64,000 bases of DNA. Origin: Mobula hypostoma. Taxonomy: Eukaryota. Each line of letters begins with the position of its first letter. Within the stretch, counting starts at the first letter, position 1. Location: positions 122,142,001 through 122,206,000 of the forward strand of contig NC_086097.1 in the NCBI RefSeq assembly GCF_963921235.1. The letters run 5' to 3'. Made by a program: the position numbers and the translations under genes. This document shows, piece by piece, positions 10,916 to 23,905 of the stretch. Under the pieces are notes generated by a model, which made no database searches, was not told the origin of the DNA, and saw only the letters and a list, made by a program, of their open reading frames with translations.

Positions 10916-13478
10916 CAGGGGTGTCAAACTACCACATCCGGCCAGTGGGATGATTTGGGGGAAAAAAAGTATATTCATGATCATTTATTATGTATCTGTT
11001 TGGCAGCCGCTCTCTCTCCCACCGCTGTCTGTGAGACTGTTTGCTGTTGTGGTTCAAAATGCTTTCCAAGAAAAGAAAATTTGACATCGAAGGTTGGATA
11101 TTCAACGATAATTGGAAAGATTGTTTTTTCTTCTGTGAGTTCAACGGCAAACCTTTGTGTCTGATATGCTCAAAACAAGTGGCTGTGGCAAAAGAGTATA
11201 ATATCAAACAACACTATGAGATGTCACACGGAGAACAATGTGACAAGTACACAGGACGACTCAGAACGCAAAAGGTGAACGAGCTTGGAGCAGCTCTGAG
11301 AAAACAGCAATCAGTGTTCACCAAAAGTTGAGAGACTCGTGATGGAGCTGTCAAGGCCAGCTATACTATTGCCAACAAAATAGCTGCTGCGTCAAAGCCA
11401 TACTCGGAGGGGGAATTCATCAAAGCATGCATGCTGATGGCAGCTGAGCTGGTGTGCCCTGTGAAGAAACAGACTTTTGGTAATATCAGCTTGTCAAGAA
11501 ATACTGTGGCAGACAGAATCGGGGACTTTGCAGGAGATTGGAACAGTCAAGTAAATGACAAAGTGAAGTCATTTATTGCCTTCTCTATTGCAATTGATGA
11601 GAGCACCTACATGACTGATGTAGCTCATTTGGGAACATTTATTCGTGGTGTTGATGCATCTTTGACCATCACCGAGGAGTTTGTGGAGATGGTGCCCATG
11701 ATGAACACCACAATGGTGAACGATGTTTTCTCCAGCCTCGGACAGACTGGGGGTTGACCGGAGTCACGCTGTCAGCGTGGTAACAGATGGCGCACCGTCC
11801 GTGGTTGGGAAAAAGGCATGTGTTGTGGTGAAACTCAGAGAGAAAGTTCAGACAGAGAATCCACAGCAGGAATTCTGGAATTTTCATTGTATTATACACC
11901 AAGAGGCTCTATGTAGCAGGAGCCTGAAAATGGACAATGTCATGGATGTAGTAATCAAAACGGTTAACTTTATTAGAGCCAAGGGACTCAACCATTGGCA
12001 ATTTGACTCTCTTTTGTCCGAAAATAATATTGGACACGGCCTACCCTACCACACTGAAGTCCGCTGGTTGAGCAGAGGGGTTGTGCTCAAACGTTTTTAT
12101 CAATTACATGTGGAAATTGGGCTATTCATGAACGAGAAAGGGAAGCCAGTGGCAGAGTTGGATGACCCAGACTGGCTTCATGATCTTGCATCTCTGGTGA
12201 TATAACAGAGCACTTAAATGAGCTTAATGTTAACATGCAAGGCATCAAACAAATTTGTTAATGGAATACTACGACAGCACTCGTGCCTTTCAAATTAAAT
12301 TAGGCCTGTGGGAGATACAACTATCCCGGAGCAACCCAGCTCATTTCCGCTCCTTGCAGTCTGTGCGTGTCGCTCATGGGAGTAATCACAACATGGACAG
12401 GTATAAGGACAAAATATCACGCTGAAAAGTCAGTTTTAGAATTGTTTCCAAATCTTCACTCAGCTCGAGAAGGAACTCTCACTATTTTGCTTGCCGTTTG
12501 TCGTCAGCGCAGCATCAGATGTGCCGGAGGAAATCCAAATAGAACTAATTGAAATTCAGTGTAACTCCGCTTTGAAATATAAATTTGAGACTATGGGTCT
12601 GGACTCATTCTATCAATACCTGGGACCGATGTACCCCAAGATGACAGACTTTGCCTCCAAGATCCTTTGCATATTCGGGACAACATATCTCTGTGAGTAG
12701 GTGTTCTCCATAATGAACATTAACAAATCCAAACTGCACTCACAGCTGACACACAGACATCTAAATTATATTATGAAAATCACAACTGGCCAGAAACTTG
12801 TCCCTGATGTTGACAGGCTGGTTAAAGCCAAGAGATGTCCGGTGTCTGGAAGCAGCAAGTGAAAAATGAGTGACACTGTTTGATGCACTGCGACATGTAA
12901 GCAAAATGCATAATGAAATATTGAGTGTCATAATATTGTGATTCATTCATTTTCTGGCGACTATTATTGTAAATGTGATCACTTCAATAAAAATTAAAGG
13001 CTAACTGTTCATTGTCTGAGTTTGATTGCTGGAAGCAGGCTAATAAAAATTAGGTGCAGTTGTGTAGCCTACATTTACAATTTGTTTCATTTGGTCTACA
13101 TTTGTGTTTGCTAATGTTCGATTTTAAATGGTTTATTAATGGAAAGGGTGTGGCTCCCAGAACAATCTTAGCCAAAATAGCATTGATTTTTCTCTCTCTC
13201 ATCACAACTTTCTTGTAGCCTTCGACAGTAAGTTAATACCAATCATAAAAATAATGCTTGCTAGGCAATCTTCTTCATAAGAAATGAAATTCATAAAGTG
13301 AAACACTTTGTACTTATAGCAGAGACTGAGACACATGATAGCAGGTTGAAAGAACAAAGGCAACAAAAGCTGTGGGAGCACACGTGCGTGTGTTCGCGCG
13401 TACACAACTGATCTGGCCCGCATGAAGTCGCACTTTGCCCAATCTGGCCTGTGACCTAAAATGAGATTGACACCCTTG
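10916..13478 (+). mobile_element. Full-length hAT (Charlie/SPIN-like, GTF2IRD2-type) DNA transposon
   Basis: TIRs caggggtgtcaaact and agattgacacccttg. Perfect 8-bp TSD ggctaaca at 10908-10915 and 13479-13486. Contains transposase remnants. Confidence 0.95.
11059..12862 (+). pseudogene. hAT transposase pseudogene with several stops and frameshifts
   Basis: MLSKKRKFD, zinc-finger-like CLIC..HYEMSH, IAIDEST (first Asp), VTDGAPS (second Asp), HCIIHQEAL (CxxH), EVRWLSRG and FGTTYLCE (Glu), spread over ORFs starting at 11041, 11431, 11723 and 12491. Confidence 0.92.
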
Positions 13479-13550
13479 GGCTAACAGGTCTATAGTTTCC
13501 TTTCTGCTGCCTCCCACCCTTCTTAAATAGCAGAGTAATATTTGCAGTCC

Positions 13551-13748
13551 CCTATCCATCCACCTCCCTCTCACTCAATCTCACCTATCATTTGCCGGTT
13601 TGTACTCCTTTCCCTCCCCCACCTTCTAATTCTGACTTCTTCCCCTTTCCTTTCCAGTCTGAAGGAAGGGTCTCAGCCTGAAGCACTGACTGTTTATTCC
13701 CCTGCATAGATACTGCCTGACCTGCTGATTTCCTCCAGCATTTTGCAA
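13551..13748 (+). mobile_element. Penelope-like terminal repeat, downstream piece with a decayed hammerhead
   Basis: ccagtctgaaggaagggtctcagcctgaagcactgactg...gatactgcctgacctgctga is homologous to 41825-41910. Confidence 0.7.
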
Positions 13749-14144
13749 AAAGTTTTAAATACACTGAAGTTTTCTTTACTGTTACACTATTTCTCCAGCT
13801 GATCATTTCAATTGCACTGTCTCCATAAAGGATTCTACTTTTCTGTACATTTGTAGTATCTCACACTTTAAGCACCATCACACTCACAGTCTGCCTCCTG
13901 CACCCATTATATGGAGAATTGGGAGATGGTAATGGAAAGTTGTTGGGTTTCACCAGAAGAAAGAGAGGAAACTCAGTCAGCTTCAGAAGCAAGTCACATG
14001 AGCGTGTAGCTGATTGAAATGGTAGGGAGCCTGAAGCAAAGAATGGGCAGCGATCCCAGTGAATGTAACCGAGGGCAGAGCACGGACAACTGACCCTTGA
14101 ATCAAAAGCAATGAACCCGGAACAACCCACAAAACCAAGAGCAT

Positions 14145-15232
14145 CAGAGTCAGAATCAGGTTTAGCATCACTAGCACATGTCATGAAATTGGTTAACTTA
14201 GCGGCAGCAGCACAATGCAATATATGATAATATAGAACAATAAATAAATTACAATATATATAATATATTAAAAAGCAGAATAAAAAGTAAGGTAGTATTC
14301 AAGGTAGTGTTCATGGGTTCAATGTCCATTTAGGAATCAGATGGCAGAGGGGAAGAAAGTGTTCCTGAATCGTTGGGTGTGTGCCTTCAGAAGGGGTCAG
14401 GTCCTGGGTGATGGGGGTCCTTAATGGTGGACGCCTCCTTCATAAGGCACCCCTCCTTGAAGATGACTTGGATACTATGTAGGCTAGTCCCCATGACGGA
14501 GCCTACTAATTTTATAACTTTCTGTAGCTTCTTACGTAGCTGTGCAGTAGACACCCCGCCCCCCCATATCAGACAGTGATGTAGTCTGTCAGAATGCTCT
14601 CCACGGTACATCTGCTGAAGTTTGACTGCCTTAGGTGATGAACCAAATCTCCTTAAACTCCTTATGAAATATAGTTGCTGTATTGCCTTCTTTATAACTG
14701 CATTCATACCTAGAGACCAAGTTAGATCCTTGGAGATCTTGACACCCAGGAACTTGAAGTTGCTCACTCTCTCCACTTCTGATCCCTCTACGAGGACTGG
14801 CTCGTGTTCTCTCACCTTACCCTTTTTGAAGTCCATAATCAGCTCTTTGGTCTTACTGACATTGAGTGCAAGGTTGTTGCTGTGACAGCACTCATAAAGC
14901 TGGCATATCTCACTCCTGTACGCCCTCTCTGAGATTCAGCCAACAATCAGCAAATTTATAGATGGTATTTGAGCTATGCCTAGCCACACAGTCGTGGGTA
15001 GAGAGAGTAGAGTAGTGGGCTAAGCAGATATCCCTGAAGTGCACCAGTGTAGATCGTCACCGATGAGGAGAAGTTATTACCAATCTGCACAGATTGTGAT
15101 CTTCTGGTTAGGAAGTCATGGCTCCAATTGCAGAGGAACGCACAAAAGCCCAGGTTCTGTAGCCTATCAATCAGGACTGTAGGAATGATGGTGTTAAATG
15201 CTGAGCTATAGTCAATGAACAGCATCCTGACA
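14145..15232 (-). mobile_element. Rex1/Babar LINE 3' part
   Basis: Peptides [29 protein letters not shown] and IKDPHHPG. Ends in an (AGAATC)-type tail near 14145-14160. Confidence 0.85.
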
Positions 15233-15439
15233 TCCAGGGTCACAGAAAATAGGAATGGATTGAACCTTGAGACCAAACTAAAGCACGAATTTAATATTCA
15301 TATAGCAGTTTATAATTTTGTTCTCAGGTTTAGCATATCAATACATTAAAAATTTGACACTTCAGAGTTTCCAAACTTGGGTTTTATTTTCTAAGAAGAA
15401 ACATAGGAGGGGCATTTGATGATGCTGCACCTATTCTCA

Positions 15440-15710
15440 CTAGAGTGGATCACACTGATACTCAAAGGCCTGGATATAGTGCATGTGGAGAGATGTTTCC
15501 AGTAGTGAAAGAACATAAGATACAAGGACACGGCCTGAGAATAAAGAGACGTCTCTTTAGAACTGAGTCGAGGAGGAATTTCTTCAGCCAGGCGGTGGTG
15601 AATTTGTGGAATTGTTTGCCACAGACGGCTATGGTGGCCAAGTCATTGGGTATGTTCAAAGTGGAGGTTGATAAGTAAGGATATCAAAGGTTATGGGGAT
15701 GTGACAGGAA
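15440..15710 (+). mobile_element. CR1 3' fragment
   Basis: Peptide GHGLRIKRRLFRTESRRNFFSQAVVNLWNCLP. Confidence 0.75.
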
Positions 15711-17742
15711 AAATTTAATATTCATGTTTCAGTTTATAATGTTGTCCTCCAGTCTAGCCATATCAATGCATCAAAAATTAGATAGTTTAGATATTCAAGG
15801 CATAGGTTCCAGGGGAAAAAGAAGTCCATAACAGCCTTTGCAATACAACTTTAAGTGATGTATGTCAACCAGTAGACATGGAAATAGAATACTGATTTCC
15901 ATCTGCTTTATTTTGTGCTGAAAAGCTCTATATTGCATTGTGTTTATTTCCCTCAAGGGGAGCAGATATGAGAATTATATTCATTAAACACAGGAATTCA
16001 AATATCATACTTTCCAAATCTGGCAGTTCTACTATCTGCAGTGATTTAGAAAGTAATAAATATACACATCAACATAATCATGTAATGAATGGACAGAGAT
16101 TAAAGCAGGATGCACAAAATCAGCTTGATGAGTCCCCTTGAACAAATACCATTACATAAAAGTCACTGGAAAGAGTTGGCAGCAAAACTCAAGCATGTGG
16201 AAGGGATTATTTCAGTTAGGTGTCATTCGTGTATCTAGTTTGACGTAACATCATGGTGTCAAGGACCTGTTCCTGTGCTGTAATGTGCTATGTTATATGA
16301 CTCGTGCACCCTTCAAAGGCCTTTTGGGGCACTTTGTGCTTCTGAGATTGTGAGGAATTGTTGGCTGGTGTATTGCGGGTAGGTCAGTACGTTCAGTGCA
16401 TCGGAGATCGCAGGGTAATGAGGCACATGCCAAGGGCCAATGAAAAGAAGTCAGATTTAAGTGGGGTGGCCATTTTGAGAGCAGCCAGCATGTGAGTCGA
16501 CAGTGGAGAATTTAAGGCTTCGGCTTAAGAGGCTTTGGCGAGAAGAGGTAAGTTTCTGGTAAGATTTTTCCTTTGCCTATTAGTACCTAGCTAGTGTAGT
16601 AAAAATGGGACCAAATTCAGTGGTGTTTTCTTCATGGCAGACATTAGGATCTGATAACTACCTCTACTTGAGCTCCTTACAGAATGGTGTATATCAATAT
16701 GGAGTCATTCTGCACACTACAAGGTCACAGATACCTTGCTTACTTTAAACACACTTGTCTAAGTAGGACCTCTGCAAAGGCCTCAGCTTCCATGATTCCC
16801 AGTACTAAACCATATGGAGTACCTATGGCTGGATGCTTTGACAGTGGAATGGAAGAGAGGAGCCATTGCGATCTTTGAAGAGAAGAATGATTTCCTGGAG
16901 ATTTGAGACATTTTGCCACTAGTAAGGTGTAAGGTGGTAAAGAAAGTGGATAGTGGGGAATAGGATACAAGCAAAAGAGTTTGAATGGGAGCACAATCTT
17001 GAGGTGACTTTTACGATTGCTTACTACTTAGGGGTATGATAAACAGGCCTTAGACTCTTATCATATCCCTATGGCAACAGCCAAAATGTTGTGAATTCAG
17101 TATTGACTTGCCCACAGAAGGCAGAGACAAGTGGTGGAAAGCTGTTATTCTGGCTGGAGGTCTGTGCCAAGGATTGGTGTGGGGTCAACTGTTGTTCATG
17201 AGATATATCAATGACTTGAATGGAGATGGGTGGATCAGCAATTTTGTAGATGACACCAAGATTGGTAAAGATGTGGACTGTGTAAAGGACAATCAAAAGA
17301 ACAGCAGAATATAGATCAGATACAGATACGGGCAGGGAAGTGGCAGATGGTGTTTAATCTGGGGAAGTGTGAAATGTTGATTAAATGAAAGGGGAGAGTA
17401 TTCAGTACAGTTAATGGTCAGAAGGAAGGCAATTATAGGCTAGTTAGCTTGACTTCAGTGGTTGGAAAGCTGCTGGAGTCCATTATTAAGAATGAGGTTT
17501 CAGGATACTTGGAGGCACATGAAAAAGTAGGCCAAAGTCAGCATGATTTCCTTAAGGAGAAATCTCGCCTGACAAGTCTGTTGGAGTTCTTTGAGGAAAT
17601 GGCAGGCAGGATAGACAAGGAGAGTCGGTGACTGCTATTTACCTGAATTTTCTGAAAGCCTTTGACAAGGTGCTGCACACGAGGCTGTTTAACAAGTTTA
17701 GAGCCCATGGTATTACAGGAAAAATACAGTATGGATAGAGGC

Positions 17743-17875
17743 AAACAACAGGAATTCTGCAGATGCTGGAAATTCAAGCAACATACATCAAAGTTGCTGG
17801 TGAACGCAGCAGGCCAGGCAGCATCTCTAGGAAGAGGCGCAGTCGACGTTTCAGGCCGAGACCCTTCGTCAGGAC
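17743..17875 (-). mobile_element. Penelope-like terminal repeat (133 bp) inserted in a CR1
   Basis: Near-identical reverse complement of 41830-41962. Confidence 0.85.
17841..17875 (-). ncRNA. Minimal type-I hammerhead ribozyme motif
   Basis: Minus strand reads GUC CUGACGA A GGGU CUCG GCCU GAAACGUC GAC. This gives the CUGANGA and GAAA cores, a GUC cleavage triplet, a short stem I, and stem II closed by a G-U pair. Activity is not demonstrated. Confidence 0.65.
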
Positions 17876-19249
17876 ATAGGATTGGCTCACTGGCAGGAGG
17901 CAAAGAGTGGGAATAAAGGGGGCTTACTTGATTAGCTACCGGTATCTAGTGGTGTCAGCCTTGGGACCACTTCTTTTCACGTCATGCGTCAATGATTTTG
18001 ATGCTGCCTGGCCTGCTGTGTTCACCAGCATTTTTTGTGTGTGTTGCTTGGATGATATGACCAGGTTTGGAGATGATATGAAAATAGCTGGAGGGACAGG
18101 TAGTTTTGAGGAAGCAGGAAGTCTGCAAAAGGACTTATTTAGATTAGAAAAATCGGCAAAGGACTGGCAGATGGACTTGCAGATTGATTCAGCAGTAAGG
18201 AAGACAAATGCAATGTTAGTATTCATTTCTAGAGGAGTATTTATTTCTAGAGGACTAGAATATAAAAATAAGGATGTCACACTGAGCCTTTAAAAGGCAT
18301 TGTTCAGACCACACCCTGGAGCATTGTGAGCAGTTTTGGGCCCCTTATTGAAGAAGAGATGTGCTAGCATTGGAAGGTCTGGAGGAGGCTCATGAGAATG
18401 ATTTTGGGAGTGAAAGGGATGACATATGAGGAGTATTGCAAGGCTCTGGGCCCATACTCACTGGAGCTTAGGAGAATGAGGATATATCTCTTTGAAACCT
18501 ATCAAATTGAAAAGCCTAGATAGAGTGGATGTGGAAAGGATGCTTCATATGCAGGAGAGTGTTGAACCAGAGGGTACAGTTTCTGAATAAAGGCATGTCC
18601 ATTTACAACAGAGATGAGGAGGAATTTCTTTAGCCAGAGGCTAGTGAATCTGTGGAATTCATTGCCACAGATGACTGTGGAGGCCAAGTCATTGAGTACA
18701 TTTAAAAGGGAGGTTGAAAGGTTCATGATTAGTCAGGGTGTCAAAGGTTATGTGGAGAAGGCAGGTGGAATGGAGGAGAAGACTTGATGGGTCAAATGAC
18801 CTAAGTCTGTCCTAACGTATGTATCATGGTCTAAATCCTTTTAATAGCTGATCACGGAATAATTCTCCGGAAACATGACCTGATATACCAACAGATAATG
18901 TAGATTATATTATACTCCAGTCAAATGTGAATGCTCTAGTTAACTGATTAATTAGTGACCTGGTGTTCAATGTGATATGACAACAAAAGTAGAAATAGTC
19001 ATGTTGGCTTTAAGATAAATAAAAAGTCCTTCAGGAAATACTGTTCTACAAATATGAAACAAAGCCAGTCATACAGGGATAGAAACAGTGACAGTACCTG
19101 AACAGTTCTGGAAGATAAGGCAGCTGAGTTTACAATTTCTCTGACTATATTTCTTTTATTGCATTGCAGTACGTCTTGATTTTGTTTCAGCTAGATTAAT
19201 GAATAGTTCACATGTGAGACATGCAATCAGGTTCTGATTTAAGGGCCTA

Positions 19250-20700
19250 CAAACCCCTTATTTTGACTGGAGGCCTGTGACAAGTGGTGTGCTTCAGGGA
19301 TCAATGCTGGGTCCGTTGCTGTTTTTCATCCATACCAAGAATCTGGATGATAATGTGGTCAACAGGATCAGGAAATTTGTGGATGACACTAAGATTGGAG
19401 GCATAGTGGACAGTGAGGGAAGCTATCAAAGCTTCCAGTGAGATCTGGACCAGCTGGAAAAATGGGGTGCAAAATGGCAGATAGAGTTTAATGCAGACGT
19501 GGTACTCTTTGGGAGAATAAAACAGGTCAGGACTTACGCATTGAGTGGTAGGTCACTGAAAAGTGTGGAAGAACACAGTGATCTGGGAATACAGATTCAT
19601 AATTCCTTGTAAGTGACGTCACAGTAGATAGGGTCGTAAAGAGAGTTTTTGTCATATTGGCCTTCAGAAATCAAAGTTTTGAATACAGGAGTTGGCATGT
19701 CATGTTGAAATTGTATAAGATGTTGCTGAGGCCTAATTTAAAGTATTGTGTGCAGTTCTGGTCACCTAAGTACAGAAAAGTTATTGATAAGATTGAAAGA
19801 GTACAGAGAAAATTTACAAGCATGTTGCTGGGAGTTGGGGATCTGAGTTATAGGGAAAGGTTGAATAGTTAGGACTTTAGCCCCTGGAGGATAGGAGAAT
19901 GAGGGGAGGTTTAATAGAGATATACAAAATTATGAGGAATATAGATAGGATAAATCCTCCAAGAGGACAGGACTGCAACCTTGTCGTGCTTTAGTGGCTT
20001 GCATACCTCAATGACCCAGAGAGCTACGCTGGCTGGAGTCAGGGCTTAATGCTTTGGCCCTTGGTAGTGTCACCCATGCCAAACAGGTCAAAGGGTAGAG
20101 GCCAGACTAAGAGTGGTCCACTAGTCCTCAAGGCTCAGGGGTTCAGCTCGGGTCTAACAACCCTGACTGGTAAAACAAAATTGTTACAGAAACAGAAATG
20201 AAGAATTCTCCTACATCTGTGTGTGATGGGTTTCCTGAGTATCCATCCCGGACTTGCATGACTGACAGTAGTGAAAACGGAGAGGAGGGTACAGACATGA
20301 TGAATGAAACCCTGAACACAGTCAGCGATGGAGAACCTTCACTGTTGCCCTAAACGCTAGTGGTGTAATAGGCAGTAAGTAAGTAAGACAGGGGAAATGC
20401 AAGCAGGATTTTTCCTCTGACACTAGAACTAGAGGTTATGGGTTAAGGGTGAAAGATGAATTGTTTAGGGGGAACTTGAGGGTGAACATCTTCACTCAGA
20501 GGGTGGTGAGAGTGTAGAATGAGCTTCCAGCAACTGGTGGATTCTGGTTTCAACATTTAAGAGAAAATTGGAGAGGTACATATAGATGGGAGGGGTATGT
20601 TCCAGGTGCAGCCTGATGGGACGAGGCAGATTAATGGTTCAGCACGGATCAGATGGGCCAAAGGCCTTGCTTTGTGCTGTAGTATTCTATAACTCTATAA
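19250..20700 (+). mobile_element. CR1 3' half, interrupted by an RTE derivative
   Basis: Remnants of SGVLQGSMLGP, KFVDDTKIGG and RPNLKYCVQFWSP. 3' tail attctataactcta. Confidence 0.85.
19956..20385 (+). mobile_element. Non-autonomous RTE-clade derivative, copy 1
   Basis: The 5' part resembles RTE (Expander/BovB-type) 5' UTRs: ccttgtcgtg...caatgaccc..gagcta...cacccatgccaaacaggtc...ccagactaagagtggtcca. It has a (TAAG)n tail, a degenerate TSD (agataggataaat / agacaggggaaat) and no RT. Confidence 0.72.
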
Positions 20701-20804
20701 CAGATACATAATAATGTATCAAAATAATCATGTTTTCAGCATGAATAATTTTAAATTGTAACTGAACTTAAAAGATAAAGATAAAGCACTGTATGTATCT
20801 CACA

Positions 20805-21257
20805 AATTTCTATAGATTTACTGTGGGGAGCATTCTAACTGGTTGCATTACTGTCTAATGTGGAGGAGCTACTGCACAGGATGATAAAAAGCTGCAGGAA
20901 GCTGTAACCTCAGCCAGCTCCATGTTGGGGACTGACCTCCCCAGAATCGAGGACATCTTCAAAAGAAGATGCCTCAAAAAGGCAGCATCCATCATTAAGG
21001 GCCCCCATCACTCAAGACATGCCCTCTTCTCATTACTACCATCAAGGTGGAGGTATAGGAGCATGAAGACACACACTCACGAACTGCTATCATGTACACT
21101 ACCTCACTTTTTTTTCTTTTTTTGCACTCTTTATCTGATTTTACTTCTTGTAATTTACAGTTTTTAAATTATGTGTTGTAATGTACTGCTGCCGTAAGGT
21201 AACATATTTCACAACATATGCCAATGATAGTACATTTGATTTTGATTCTGACTCTGA
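20805..21257 (+). mobile_element. Rex1/Babar-like 3' fragment
   Basis: Peptide RRCLKKAASIIKGPHHSRHALFSLLPSRWRYRS. Tail tttgattctgactctga. Confidence 0.75.
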
Positions 21258-21769
21258 CACCTTCTTGAGAGCTGGCAGAGGATTTCTAAAATAACCAAGA
21301 AAAGAATTTCCTTTTCAATACTCAATCTTGCTTATACTCTATAAAAGTTAATGTGGGGCTGTATGACATTGCTTTTGTTATTTTTTTAACAAGAATTCAT
21401 ATACGATAGATTTCTAAAACCAGAAAAGTGTTTCTAATAACTTACACTAATTAAATCCCATCTCGTAAGAGATTATTGGTCTCATGCTGAAATGAATCAG
21501 TTGTATGGTGTTGTTCTTAGTTGGCAGACAGCCATAAGAGCAAAGAAACATTGTTCTATCATCATCATTCCAAGCTAAACTACCATCAGAGCAAGTTCAC
21601 TGCTACTGATATTCAGAAGGGTTCAAGCATATGTCATGAAATGTCCCTGGGACAAAAGAAAAACTCTGCAAGAGCTGGAAAGTTGAAGCAAAATCAGCAA
21701 TTGTTGGAAGCATTCAGGAGGTCATGAAGCTTTTGAGGAGAGAAGAAACTATGTTGAAGACCTTTCACC

Positions 21770-23030
21770 AAAGTCAAAATAAAATTTATTATCAGAGTAC
21801 ACACATTTCACCACATACAACACTGAGATTCTTTTTCTGAGGGCATACAGGATAGAACAATAACTGCAAACAGGATCAGTGGACAACAAACGGTGCAAAT
21901 GCAAATATAAATAAATAGCAATAAATAACGAGCGTGAAATAACAAGATAAAAAGTCCTTGAAGTGAGATCATTGGTTGTGGGAACACTTGAAGTAGAATG
22001 AGTGTAGTTTTCCCCTTTTGGTTAAGAGCCTGATGGTTAAGGGGTAGTAACTGTTGGTGTGAGTTCTGAGAGACTTGTACCTTTTACCTGAAGGCAGCAG
22101 CAAGAATAGAGTAGGGCCTGGATGGTGAGGATCTTTGATTATGGATGCTGCTTTTCTATGCCAATGTTTCTGTACTCAGTGGTTGGGAGGGTTTTACCCA
22201 TGATGTACTTGGCTGAGTCCACAACCTTTTATAGGATTTTCAGCTCAAAGTCATTGGTGTTACCATACCAGGCCATAATTCAGCCAGTCAGTAAACTTCC
22301 CACCACACATCTATAGAAGTTTGCCAAGGGTTTTGGATGTCATGCCAAATCTCTGCAGACTCCTGAGGAAGTAGAGAGGCTGTTGTGCTTTCTTCACAAT
22401 TATATTTATCTAATGGGATCAGGTCAGGTTCACTGAGATAGTGACACCCAGGAATTTAAAGTTACTGATCCTCTCCACCTCTGATTCTTTGATGATTACT
22501 GGCTCATGGACTTATGATTTCCCTCTCCTGAAATCCACAATCAGATCCATGGTCTTATTGACATTGAGTAAGAGGTTGCTGGTATTACACCACTCAGACA
22601 AATTTTCAGTTTCCTTCCTGTACGCTGATTCATCACCACCTTTGATACAGCCCACAACAGTGATGTCATTAGCAAACTTCTATATGGTGTTGGAGCTGTA
22701 CATATCCACACACTCATAGGTATAAGGTGAGTAGAGCAGGGCACTAAGCACATATCCCTGTGCTGATGGAGGTGGTGAAGGAGATGTTTTCGCAATTCTG
22801 AAATGACTAGGGTCTCTGAATGAGGAAATCTGAGACCCAATTGCACAAGGAGGTATTGAGGCCCAGGTCTTTTAATAGTTTTCGAGGGGATGATGGTATT
22901 AAATGCTGAGCTGTAATTGATAAAAAGCATCCTAATGGATGCATCTTTGCTGTCCAGATGTTCCAGGGTTGTGTGAAGAGCCAAAGAGAGGGCATCTGCT
23001 GTAGATCTGTTGCTCCGGTAGGCAGGTTAG
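21770..23030 (-). mobile_element. Rex1/Babar LINE 3' part
   Basis: Peptide [34 protein letters not shown], followed by further RT and 3' UTR remnants. Confidence 0.85.
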
Positions 23031-23499
23031 CGGGGTGGAGCTTAGGAGATGATGGCACCTAATGGCAACTCCTTTGCTTGCATCTTCAGAGACCGCTGTA
23101 TTTCTACCTTTAATATTTCTATTTTTCCCTATCAGGGTTCTTTTGAAGACCCTGACCTGGAATTACACACTGACTTCAGTTCTCTGCGGGAATGGGACCC
23201 ACTCTTGTGGTCTCACGACTGGCTGCTATTTGATATGCCGAGGACGTGGCCTAGAAGACTAGCGTGCCTTCAGAGTTTCAGGATTTCATGGCTCTAGAGG
23301 CAGGCGGACTCAAGGCTGATGCCGCCGCCTGATGTGGCGTGGGAGACGGAAGATCGTAAGCAGTGAGCTGGCTGCTGGCTGTTTGCCCAGAGACCCAAGT
23401 TCTTTGGGTACAGAGCTCGGAAAAAGCGACACAACAGACTTTTAACATCATAAATCAGCGAGCTGTTTGTTATGTCTTCCCTCTCCCTTCTCTCCGATA

Positions 23500-23905
23500 T
23501 ATCAGTCATCTGTTCTATTATTTATATGTCTATTTAATATTTTATTAAATGTCCCTAATGTATCCGCCTCTACCACTAACCCTGGCAGGCTATTCCACGC
23601 ACCCACCACTCCCTGTTTTAAAAAAAAATACCTCCGACATCCCCCCCAGAATTTCCTCCAATCACCTTAAAATTATGCCTCCTCATATGAACCACTGTCA
23701 CACTGGGAAAATGTCTCTAGCTATCCAGTCAATCTATATCTCTTATCACCTTCTACCCTATCAAGTTGCCTTTCATCCTCATTCTCTCCAAAGAGAAAAT
23801 CCTTAGTTCGTTCAACCTGTCTTTGTAAGACATGCTCTCTAAATGGTAAAACTCCTCTGCACCCTCTCTAAAGTTGCTTGTATTTGGTCCCATAGCCCTC
23901 ATCCT
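23500..23905 (-). mobile_element. CR1 3' fragment
   Basis: Peptide MSYKDRLNELRIFSLERMRMKGNLI. Confidence 0.65.

Larger units (their letters stand above)
9538..13550 (-). mobile_element. CR1 LINE 3' half (RT to tail), interrupted by a hAT transposon at 10916-13478
   Basis: Minus-strand ORFs give CLTNLLEFFEEVT, KAFDKVPH, GVPQGLVLGP, KLADDTK and RPHLEYCVKFWAP. The tail accataagaccatatga is at about 9540. The CR1 sequence rejoins across the TSD ggctaaca. Confidence 0.9.
17060..18832 (+). mobile_element. Two adjacent degenerate CR1 RT fragments (about 17060-17415 and 17419-18832)
   Basis: Peptides YINDLN..ISNFVDDTKIG, TSVVGKLLESII and RFGDDMKIAG. CR1 3' end at about 18780-18832. Confidence 0.8.

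Noticed and set aside
11041..12862. Host gene GTF2IRD2, ZBED or another domesticated transposase
   Set aside because: It has multiple stops and frameshifts, intact TIRs and an 8-bp TSD inside a CR1, so it is a dead transposon.
19956..20130. Twister or HDV-like ribozyme in the RTE-derived 5' region
   Set aside because: I could not identify the conserved cores by eye. A covariance-model search is needed.
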